Shown piece by piece: positions 52,820-64,000 of a stretch of DNA of 64,000 nt. Under the pieces are notes generated by a model, which saw nothing but the letters and a program-made list of their open reading frames with translations, was not told the origin of the DNA and did not search any database. This stretch comes from Antedon mediterranea (taxonomy: Eukaryota > Animalia > Echinodermata): positions 11,019,432-11,083,431 of the forward strand of contig NC_092679.1 in the NCBI RefSeq assembly GCF_964355755.1, read 5' to 3'. Position 1 is the stretch's first letter, and every line of letters starts with the position of its first letter. The position numbers and the translations under genes were made by a program.

Positions 52820-54008
52820 GGCCAAAAAAAAAAAATTATTGTGTTGGCGTGGCCACGCCCGACCGACCCTAAACTGACGAAAATGAAGGTCGGCTTTTTT
52901 TTTTTTTTTTTGGGAGCCAAACGGCAATTGTGAAACGAAATGGTGAAAAATATTGTCTTATTTGCCAAATTGGCGAACATATTTCACCTCCGCCGGACGT
53001 GTGAAAAAGAAGCGTGCAACAACCAACCGTGAATCAATCACGTGATAACCAGAATACGCGATTATCAATTTTGGGGGGATCCAAGTTTTAATTAAATAAA
53101 CGCTTTGATTACACACTGGTTGAGACAGGTTTTTAATAGTTATCACATTTAAACACCCTCTTAATTAATGGACTCTACCAATGTTGATCTGCAGCATGCA
53201 AAAAGAACAACAGATCGTACATCTCGGACGAGGTTGTTGATGGGGTGATTTTTGGTTTCACTGTGTACAGTACTACTACGATCCGATTACGAACTTGTTA
53301 AATGATGTAAAAGGCATGGATTCGCCAAGCATATAGGCCTATACGTTTAATAAAAATTTACCTAAGATTGTCGTAAGCTCTTTTGTTCAAGCTTGTTATT
53401 TATATAGCGATAATCCATCTGTTCCGGCATGTACGTAGCCTAGGCCTCTAGCCGGCGGGCGGACCTCTAATTAATAAGCCTATGCCTACTCCTCGATCGA
53501 TCGATGTCTCTGGTTGGAGGAATTTCCCCGCGATAAGAAATCGCCGAAATATATCATAACGACCTACATTTTAATGTTTATCTTTAAATGCCAGTGTAAT
53601 TACGTATGGATAAAACAATATAAAACTCAATATTTTTCATCTAAAATAATATAATAGACTTGCCGCTTGCGTAACTTCAGAGCATTAACACGACCTTGAT
53701 TGTTTTTGTTGGAAATGGTAGCTAGAGCCTAGCCTAGGGCTAGCCTAGGCCTTTTTGCCTAAAAAAGCTAGGCCCTAGGCCTACGTTTATTTAATAAACC
53801 TTTGTTGAAACAATTATAGCTAGCGTGAGCCTATGGTGCTATGAAAAGTGTTTAAAAAGTCTTTTTGTATCATTTGTGTGAATTGTTTATTATTTTGCCG
53901 GCAACACATTTTTAGTCTGGGGAAAAAAAAAAAAACTTTTCCTACCGACCTACCCATTTTTGGGATTTACCAAAAACGTGGCCAACACAATTTTTTTTTT
54001 TTTTGGCC
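52820..54008. mobile_element. MITE with GGCC(A)n TIRs (Zator-like)
   Basis: ggccaaaaaaaaaaatt..tgtgttggc / gccaacacaatttttttttggcc, flanked by ATA/TTA, with accgacc motifs near both ends. Confidence 0.65.
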
Positions 54009-54154
54009 TTATGATAGGGGTGTGGTGTTTTATGTTTTATGTAGAGAAGGGTGTCTATTAAATGGGAAGGGGATGGGAAGACAATCTGTTATGTAACCTA
54101 CAGTAATACAAAACATAAAAACTAGCAAGCATGTACTTTTTATTACGCCGTTGC

Positions 54155-54562
54155 TAAAGATACGGTACCGTATCCATGCTTTTAAAAACTAAAGATACGG
54201 TAATTATAGAGGGCGCTTCCGTTTGCTAAAAAGTACGGTAAAATTGCATTCCTAAAACTCGTACCTAAATATAAAACTCGTTCCTAAATATAAAACTCGT
54301 TCCTAAATATTAAACTCCTTCCTAAATATTAAAAACCTAACCTTCTAAATAATCTCTCTTAAATTAAAAACTAAAAAAAAGACGTCAAGAAGAGTATCGA
54401 ACCTACAACCCCTTAAGCCAAAGCCTCACCACATGCCCACTAGGCTACACAGCTGGCTTGCAGAAAACAATAACCTATTTGATTAACATCCACATTACAT
54501 AGCGCCCTCTATAATTACCGTACCTTTAGTTTTTAAAAGTATGGATACGGTACCGTATCTAT
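54155..54562. mobile_element. Foldback MITE with ~60-bp TIRs and internal 21-bp tandem repeats
   Basis: agatacggtaccgtatccat...atagagggcgct is inverted at 54501-54561; (aaaactcgttcctaaatat) occurs about four times. Confidence 0.75.
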
Positions 54563-55570
54563 ATAAGGCATGTTATTATTAGGTACTGTGTTAGGAAATG
54601 ACAAGATTTTGTAACAATATTACTATATTAAGTATTTATTATATATATAAACTAAACACTACAGACAGTATAATTATAATTAAAACATATTAAATACTAG
54701 GGGTAGGGGGGTGCGGTACTCGGACGGATAACACTATAATGTACACAATTGCTAAAATTGTACATTTAGACAAACTTTTAGAATTTTAATAGAAACTTAC
54801 AAATATAACTGTAATAATAATTTAGTGTCGCCAAAAACAGCAACTAAATTCATATCTAGAAGGGCCCTGGATTACCTAGGCCTTCAAGGATCGGTACTCG
54901 GACGCCCTCAATGTTTTGTTTATATTTCACATTTTTTCATAAAAAATTTTTTTAATATACAAATATAATCATTTATTCTTTATATTTACAAAAAATTATT
55001 TATAATATTTGATTTTAATAGAGATATTGAATTACTTTAAAAAATGCGATCCACTAATTAATTTTAGTGATTAATTCCATGTTTTTATATATAGCGCCAC
55101 CTAGTAGTGTCCGACTTCTAAAACAGGGGTACCATTTTGGTTCTTGGTATTTGAAGCCCTCTATCAGCCCATGGATTAAAGAATAGAAGGATATGCATCG
55201 ACGGTGACATCAAACGATTTTCCAACGCGCTTGCCTATACTAAAGCACTGCTGCCACTCAAACAAACACGCTCATTGAACTCCGTGTCTCTAGCCGCAGC
55301 CCACTGTAGAACGCTGCGAATCAACTGCTACATTTTTTAAGAACAAAACGTAGCCATGTAGAAATTGTATGCGCAGTCTGAATGTTCTATTGACATGTCT
55401 GCGTCGCTGATTAATTGACTACAACAATATATTGCTGAACAATTCTGTTTTAGTTTCATCACAATCGGACTACGAAAAGTTCACTTTCTTACGACGGTTA
55501 ATTTTAAGTAGTTGGTAATATTAATAAAATATGCAATTTTTTTTTTTTTGATATTACCATATGAGCCTAC

Positions 55571-55990
55571 TGTTATATATGCATGTTGTAACGACGCCTT
55601 TGGCGTGCCATAATTGTTCTCTCTCTCTTCTGAATAAATGTTTAGTTGTACACGCTGTGTTTAGAGCCCTTACTTTACATATATAATTTACTATATACAA
55701 CATAAAATTTGGCGACAAGGATGAGCATGGCAGTTATAATAGGAAAGGTGGAATAATTTGATTCATCTTTAGAAGCTTGGGATTCGTATACTGAACGGTT
55801 AGATCAATATTTTGTAGCCAACAAGGTCGATGATGATCGGAAGGTACCGGCATTGCTTGCACTCATCGGACCGAAAACGTACACGCTACTAAAGAATTTG
55901 TGTTCGACACTGTCTTACGCAGATTTAATTACAAAGCTCACGACACATCTTTGCCCAAAGCCATCGGAAATCGCTGAACGATTTCGGTTC
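55571..55990 (+). mobile_element. Gypsy 5' LTR (55571-55702), PBS and start of gag
   Basis: TG...CA with AATAAA; PBS-like tggcgacaagg at 55710; gag WDSYTERLDQYFVANKV...LIGPKTYTLLKNLC...IAERFRF, which stops abruptly at 55990. Confidence 0.8.
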
Positions 55991-58900
55991 TGTTAAGTTA
56001 TCCCCTCATATGTAATGCACCTTTGACGTGTCATACTGTAATTATTCGCGGGTCTCTTCTACTGGTAAAACCTCGTGAGATGATTCAGTGAAAAATAAAC
56101 CACACTTTGTTCTTTAATTTCCTGTAGTTTCTGTGTTATTATTTCTGTATATTCCCAAGCTTTAAATCCAGGTTATGGGCCCAGCCGTTTTCAAAGACTG
56201 CTTTTTAACGGAGATGAAGAAAAATATGAACTTTGGGAAATAAAATTTCTAGGGTACCTAAACACACTAAAACCAGCGTTAAAAAACACGATTACGTCTA
56301 CACAGCCGGAGCCAGCCACCGACGAAGATAACCATAAAAATGAAAAGGCGTATTCGGAGCTGATACAATTCCTAGACGACAAGTCATTATCGTTGGTCAT
56401 TAACGATGCAACTGACGACGGGAGGAAAGCTCTGTCTATTTTAAGAACCGAATATTCTAGCAAATCTAAACCAAAAGTGGTGCAACTTTACACCATAACT
56501 AACAACACTCGAAATGGGTGAGGAGGACTGCACGTCGTTCATTATCAGAGTGGAAAAGATTATCACATCATTACAAAGAGCAAAAGAAACACCTAGTGAC
56601 GCACTTCTAACAGCAATGGTATTAAAAGGTTTGCCTGGAACATACGCTCCATTTAAAATATACATAAATACACAAGAAAAAGACATATCTTTTGTAGAAT
56701 TTAAAACATCCCTAAGAAAGTTCGCAGAATCAGAGAAACTAAATACACCAGAATCTAATAACGACAGAGTGATGAAAGTTGGAAACCCACAAAACTCCAG
56801 AAAATGCTACGATTGCGGATCACCTAACCACTTGATAAAAGATTGCCCTACAAAAACCTGTAAATACCACAAGAATGCCAATCACCTTGACAAGGACTGT
56901 TTCAGAAATAAACCAAAGGACCAAATAAAGAAAGCGGAGGATGGATTTGAACATTCCTTTTTCTTTCAAGCGTCAGAAAACATAACATGTCAAGATGGTA
57001 TTTTAGTAGACACTGCAGCTGCACCTCACATGTAGTAAATGACCGAGAGAAATTCTCCAGTTTCGATCCAACCTTTAAAAGCCTTAATCATACTATTGAA
57101 CTTGCGGATGGTAGCGTAGCAAAAGGTGTTGCAGTAAAGAGAGGACATGCACACATAAACCTGATAGATGAAAACAACGAGAAAGTAGAAACTGTCTTAA
57201 AAAATGCCCTGTAGATACCAACGTACCCACACAACATAATGAGCGTAAGAGCTGCAACGACAACAGGAGCAAGAGTAACCCTTAGTAAAGAAGAAAACAC
57301 AATCACTAATGCTGGAAGAACATTCAAAATGAGTATTATTGATAACCTATACTACTTACCAACCACAAGTGCACCTAGAGAAGTAGATAAAGTAAGCCTT
57401 GTTAAAGATTTACAATATTGGCATAGAGTCCTAGGACATTGTAACTTTGACGATGTACTAAAATTAGAAAAGGTAGTGGACGGCATGGAAATCAAAGGTA
57501 GTAAAGTTAATGAAACATGTAACATATGCACTGAAGGTAAATTTGTTAATGTAAGAAATAGAGAACCAAACAAAAGGGCCAATTGTCCATTAGCCTTAGT
57601 ACATTCTGATCTGGCAGGGCCAATATCACCATTGGCTAAAGACGAATTCAAATACGCCATATCATTTACTGATGACCATTCTGGTTTTGTTTTTGTTTAC
57701 TTCCTCAGAATGAAAAGTGATGCTGCAACAGCTACCAAACAATTTCTTTCTGACTGTGCCCCAATAGGCAAAGTTAAGTGCTTGCGAACTGATAACGGTG
57801 GTGAATATGTCAGTTCTGACTTCAAAAGCCTAATGACAGATAGAGGTATTAAACATGAGTTTTCATCTCCAAATTCACTCCATCAAAATGGAACCGCGGA
57901 ACGTAATTGGCGCACTCTTTTTGAAATGGGTAGATGTCTTTTGCTGGAATCTTCACTGCACTGCCAAAGTCCTTATGGACTTATGCAGTAAGAGCAGCGG
58001 GCTATATTATAAGAAACCGTTGTTTCAACCAACGCCTAAATAAGACTCCTTTTGAGACCATGACAGGCTATAAACCAAATTTGGGGAAAATGCACATTTT
58101 TGGAAAACCTTGCTACGCATACATACATAACTCAAAGAAACTAGAACCTAAGAGTAAGCGTGGTATATTTCTGGGATATGATTCATCTAGTCCAGCATAT
58201 TTAATCTATGACCCAAACACTGGCAAAGTTCAGAAATTCAGATTGATAAAAATTATATCTGATCAAACATCTAACACCAACCAACAAACACAAGACAGAT
58301 GAAAGTGACGAAACAAATGTAAACTTGGAGGATAATGAGAACACAAATGAATCCCAAATTATTGAACATGAAAATACCTCAAATGTTAATTATGATAACT
58401 TAGAGGAAAATGACAACAATGGGGTAGATATTGATGATGCCCACAGAAGGTACCCTCAAAGGGAGAGAAAGTATCCCAATTACCTACAGGAGTGTGAGAC
58501 TGAATTTGACAGTGATGATTCGATCTATCATATGTCATGTCAAAATGTTCCCTTAACATTTACAGAAGCTACAAATTCCCAATATTCAGAAAGTTGGAAA
58601 AGGGCAATGGATGAAGAATTACAATCATTGAAAGATAATAACACCTTTAAGATAGTCACATTACCCAATGACAAACACCTCATTGGCGGAAAATGGGTAT
58701 TTGCTATAAAGGAATCGACCGAGGGTAATCACACGTACAAGGCAAGATACGTTGCCAAGGGTTTTAACCAAATAAAAGGCATAGACTATCATGAGACATT
58801 CTCGCCCACAGCCAATTTGACCTCAATTAGAACATTAATGCAAATATCTGTACAACATAACCTTATAGTCCACCAGATGGATGTGAAATCTGCATACTTA

Positions 58901-60050
58901 AATGCAGATATTGATACCGAAATATACTTAAGCCAACCTGAAGGCTACGAAATTAAGTCTGAAAATGGGGAAAAATTAGTATTAAAATTGAACAAGTCAT
59001 TATGCGGGCTTAAACAGTCAGGTAGAAATTGGAATCAGCTGTTGCACAACCACTTGAAGAGTAATGATTTTAAAAGAAACCCAGCAGACTACTGTGTATA
59101 TACAAAACGCAACAAAGATGACTTAGTAATTGTTGTAATATGGGTTGACGATATATTAATTGCAGCCACAAATGAGAATGTACTTAGTGATTTTAAGACA
59201 AATATGAAAATTAGTTTAAAATGAAAGACCTTGGGGAAATCAGCTATTTCCTTGGAATTGATTTCAAACAAGAAGCCGATAAGATAACTATGAACCAAAC
59301 ACGATATACACTGAAAGTACTTGAAAAATTTAATATGTCTAACTGTAAGACAAGGTCAACCCCCTGTGAAGTACAGACCGGCATCTGTCCAAATAATGAG
59401 AAAGTACAATTAGACAGATACAGGCAAATAGTTGGAAGTTTAATTTATCTAGCTACATGTACAAGACCAGATATCATATGGGTTGTCAGTAAACTCTCCA
59501 GAAGTTTAGCTGACCCCAAGTTAGAGGATTTAACCACAGCAAAACATGTATTAAGATACCTAAAAGGCACTGTAAATCATAAATTAGTTTACAGAAAATC
59601 TGATTCAATGAAATTAACCTCGTATTGTGATTCTGATTGGGCTAGTTCGGATGATAGGAAGAGTACCACTGGGTATATCTTTAGTTTGAATGAATGTAGT
59701 GCTCCAATATATTGGAAAACCAGAAGACCGCCTACTGTGGCACTGTCCACCTGTGAGTCTGAATATATGGGTCTTGGGGCTGCAACACAGGAGGCCCTTT
59801 ACCTACTGCAGTTGTTAAATGATATCTGTCCCAATGAGTTTAAATGTGCTCATATTTCATGTGATAACCAAGGTGCTATGCATTAAGCAGAAATCCAGTG
59901 CAAAGACAAAGGTCTAAGCATATAGATATACGGTATCATTTCATAAGGGATGTCTTAAAAGATGGACAAATAGATATCCAGTATTGTCCAACAGAAGACA
60001 TGGTGGCAGATATTTTAACTAAACCAGCCACCAAGGTTAAACTAGTGAAA
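55991..60050 (+). mobile_element. Copia/Ty1 retrotransposon: 5' LTR 55991-56170, PBS, frameshifted gag-PR-IN-RT-RH; 3' LTR missing
   Basis: PBS ggttatgggcccag; zinc knuckle CYDCGSPNHLIKDC; protease ILVDT; WHRVLGH..CNIC; LRTDNGGEY...QNGTAER; YKARYVAKGF, QMDVKSAYLN, WVDDILI; CDSDWA and SKHIDIRYHFIRD. Integrase precedes RT. Confidence 0.95.
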
Positions 60051-62450
60051 TTACAGTCTTCCCATATCTCGAAAACCATTAATGCTAGAGAGTTGATTTG
60101 AATTCAGAGTTGATTCAGAATGTACATATTTATATTCGCTGTAATGAAACATTTTACGCAAAAATTGTCTTGATTGAATTATGACATTTGACTCTTGACC
60201 CTATTTCTCAATATTTTCATATAATTCAACTAAAATATCTGTACAGACTGTTTTGGCCTCAAATGACTCAGATACAGGTTTTCTATAGCCAGCATAGAAC
60301 TGTTAGTAATTCTCAAAATCACACCTTTGTTACTTCCCTAGAAAATATGCAAATTAGTAGTACAAGAAAGTTGCCATATCTCTCTCTCTTGGTCATTAGC
60401 GTTTTCGAGATACATAAGGCAATTCACTGTAATTTGCATATTTCATATAGCTTGTACTACTAATTTGCATACTTTCGAGTTGCTTGACTTTTGGAATTAC
60501 TAAACGATCCTATACTGGCTATATAAAACCTGTATCCAAGTCATTTGAGGTCAAAACAAAGTCTGTACATACATTTTAGTTGCATTATATGCAAATATTG
60601 AGAAATAGGTTCGAGGGTCAAATGTCATACTTTCGATAATTTTTTTTTTCAATAATGACCCAGATACAGGTTTTCTATAGCCAGCATAGAACTGTTTAGT
60701 AATTCTCAAAATCACACCTTTGTTACTTCGCTTGAAAGTATGCAAATCAGTAGTACAAGAAAGTTGCCATATCTCTCTCTCTTGGTCATTAGCGTTTTCG
60801 AGATACATAAGGCAATTCACTGTAATTTGCATATTTCATATAGCTTGTACTACTAATTTGCATACTTTCGAGTTGCTTGACTTTTGGAATTACTAAACGA
60901 TCCTATACTGGCTATATAAAACCTGTATCCAAGTCATTTGAGGTCAAAACAAAGTCTGTACATACATTTTAGTTGCATTATATGCAAATATTGAGAAATA
61001 GGTTCGAGGGTCAAATGTCATACTTTTGATAATTTTTTTTTTCAATAATGACCCAGATACAGGTTTTCTATAGCCAGCATAGAACTGTTTAGTAATTCTC
61101 AAAATCACACCTCTGTTACTTTGCTTGAAAGTATGCAAATCAGTAGTACAAGAAAGTTGCCATATCTCTCTCTCTTGGTCATTAGCGTTTTCGAGATACA
61201 TAAGGCAATTCACTGTAATTTGCATATTTCATATAGCTTGTACTACTAATTTGCATACTTTCGAGGTGCTTGACTTATACTGGCTATATAAAACCTGTAT
61301 CCGAGTCATTTGAGGCCAAAACAAAGTCTGTACATACATTTTAGTTGCATTATATGCAAATATTGAGAAATAATAATAATAATAATATCCTGGATTTATA
61401 TGACCTCTAAGCGCTGTACATAAACTAATACGAAAAAAGGGAATTCCAACCATGCCAAAACGAAGGCGTGATTTTGGGAATTACAAAGCGGTCCTATGCT
61501 GACTAAAGAAAACATGTATCCGAGTTATTTGAGTCCAAAACAAAGTCTCTACAGACATTTTAGTCGCATTATGTATGCAAACATTGATAAATGGGGTCGA
61601 GGGTCAATCGTTGTATTTCCGGTAATTTTTTTGTAAAATGTTTCATTAGAGTAAATATAAATATGTACATTCTGAACAAGTTATTGAAAAAATAAACTCT
61701 CTAGCCTTAGTGGTTTTCGATATATAGGAACCTTTAATTTCACCCTCTAATTTGCATATTTCATGTAACTTGTACTAATAATTTGCATACTTTGAAGGTG
61801 AGTATACAGGTGTGATTTTGAGATTTACTAAACATTCCTATGTTGGCTATTAGAAACCTGTATCCAAGTCATTTGAGGGCAAAACAAAGTCTCTACAGAC
61901 ATTTTAGTTTCATTATTATATATGCAATATTGAGAAATGGGGTCGAGGGTCAAATGTCATAGTTCCGGGCATTTTTTTGTAAAATGTCTCATTACAGCAA
62001 ATATAAATATATACATTTTAAATATTTTAGTGAAAAAATCAACACTCTAGCATTAGCGGTTTTCGAGATATGGCAACGCTGTAATTTCACTCCCTAATTT
62101 GCATATTTAATATTACTTGTACTACTAATTTGCATACTTTCGAGGTGCATGACGAAGTTGTGATTTTTAGGAATTATAATACAGTTCTATGGTGGGTATT
62201 GAAAAACAATATCCAAGTCATTGAGTCCAAAATAAAGTCTCTACAGACATTTTAATCACATATTTATGTAAATATTGAGAAATGGGGTCAAGGGTCAAAA
62301 TTTGGTACTTCTGGACATTTTTATGTAAAATGTCTCATTAGAGCAAATATAAATATATATATATTCTGAACCAGACTGTGCAAAAATGAACTCATGAATG
62401 CTCAAAAAATAATCACCTTATCATATGTAACCATTTAAAAAAAAAAAATC
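60050..62450. repeat. Tandem array with a ~360-393-bp unit (about 6 units)
   Basis: The near-identical ORFs at 60551 and 60944 are 393 bp apart. Units recur at ~61600, ~61950 and ~62300. A short (AAT)n-headed insertion lies at ~61370-61510. Confidence 0.9.
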
Positions 62451-62499
62451 TCTGTTTGCAATTTGTTTCACTCAAAATGCTAGATTGACTAGCCTACTA

Positions 62500-64000
62500 G
62501 TATCTACATCACTGAAAACAGCAAACCACAGTTCCACAAGCCAAGAAATGTCCCATATTCAATGAGGGACAAGGTCGAAAAAGAGCTTGGACGACTACAA
62601 AATCAAGAGATTATTAGCCCTGTGAAATACAGCGAATGGGCAGCTCCCATTGTACCTGTACTGAAGAAGTCAGGGCAAGTTAGAATCTGTGGTGACTTTA
62701 AAGTTACAATTAATCCTGTGATGAAAGTAGAACAGTACCCATTACCTAAAATAGAAGATATCTTTGCATCTCTAGCAGGAAGTCCGAAATTTACAAAAAT
62801 TGACCTTAAACAAGCATATTTACAGATGGAAGACACTTCAAAGGAACTGTTAACTATTAATACGCATAGGGTTATTTAGATATAACCGACTTCCATTTGG
62901 TGTAGCCTCAGCTCCTGCAATCTGGCAAAGAGCGATGGACCAGGTACTGCAAAATGTACCCTTTAAATCTTGCATATTGGATGATATGATCATCAGCGGA
63001 AAAACAACTGAGGAACACTTAAAAAACTTGGACACAGTTTTAGAGAGATTAGAGAAATACAACTTAAATCGTGAGAAATGTGAGTTTTTCAAAGAAGACA
63101 TCACATACTGTGGTCATGTGATAACTGAAAAAGGGTTACAGAAATCCCCTGACAAGATACATGCAGTTATGAATGCGCCAAAACCTGAAAACAAACAGCA
63201 AATGCGATCATTCTTGGGTTTAATAAATTACTATCGTAGGTTTTTGTAGGGATAGGGATAAAACGAGTAGGGATAAAACTTTTTCTCGGCACGCTTGCAT
63301 ATGATCACACATGGCCAGCATATCAAGGATCACATAACCCCAAAAAACAACAAATTGCTCTGTAGGAACTTCACACACATTATTATATTTGCATGTGTGC
63401 GCTCAGCGCGTAGAAGTTATGCAAATTGCTGTTGTTGTAAAATATAGCGAACGCGCAACAAGCGATTTCTCTCTGCGTCAAGTTTTCAACAAAAAAACAT
63501 CAACATTTTATAAGCAAACCATTAGCGAGTTTTTACAAGTTTAACGATAATTAGTTGTCCTAATTATTAGCACTATTACATTACCACCGATGGCTAAACG
63601 GCCTTTGATGCTGTTAAGGTAGCACTTGCAGAGGCAACTTATCTGAAGCATCCTGATTCATCCGCCACATTATGTTTAATGGTTGATGCATCTAACTTTG
63701 CGGTTGGTGGTGTGCTACAACAGATGGTAAAAGACGTTTTATTTTTTTCATCCTCACAGATCACAAACCGCTCACATTTGCACTGAAAGCAAGCTCGGAC
63801 CGCTACTCACCTTGAGAAATTCGTACCACCGATGTCCGACACACTAAGGGTTCGCAAAACGAAGTTGCATACGCATTATCTCGCATCAAACACCTTAAAC
63901 ACACCTGTCCTTACTGCAAAGTCGTCAGATGTCATTGACTTCACCGTCATGGCCGAGCAGCAGAAGAATAATGAGGAGTTAATTTGTCATTTGCAGGAGT
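62500..64000 (+). mobile_element. Degenerate Gypsy pol (RT, RNaseH), interrupted at ~63247-63590
   Basis: SEWAAPIVPVLKK...RICGDFK, KIDLKQAYLQ, RLPFGVASAP, ILDDMII, RSFLGLINYYRRF; later LMVDASNFAVGGVLQQ. Confidence 0.9.

Noticed and set aside
60188-61453. Repeated 93-aa ORFs
   Set aside because: By-products of the 393-bp tandem unit, with no recognisable domain.

Overview
AT-rich eukaryotic (animal, probably marine invertebrate) DNA with spliceosomal introns, made up mostly of nested transposable elements. One host gene is clear: a 3-coding-exon TTC9C-like TPR gene on the minus strand (32931-38842, ~198 aa). The mobile elements are: a degenerate Gypsy with nested LINE tails (~2.2-5.6 kb); a hAT remnant and a LINE RT fragment; a Harbinger with a DDE-intact transposase facing a 6-exon Myb/SANT gene that carries an extra Cys/His finger exon (11.4-15.5 kb); a degenerate AcademX-type transposase-XPG-Cys gene (15.6-21.7 kb); a BEN-like remnant next to EnSpm-like repeats; Crypton-like fragments; many MITEs with readable TIRs/TSDs; a Helentron-like element containing an internally deleted Sola2; and a Copia inserted into a Gypsy gag and cut off by a ~393-bp octamer-rich tandem array. 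I found no rRNA, intact tRNA or CRISPR array. All family assignments come from motif recognition by eye, not from database searches.
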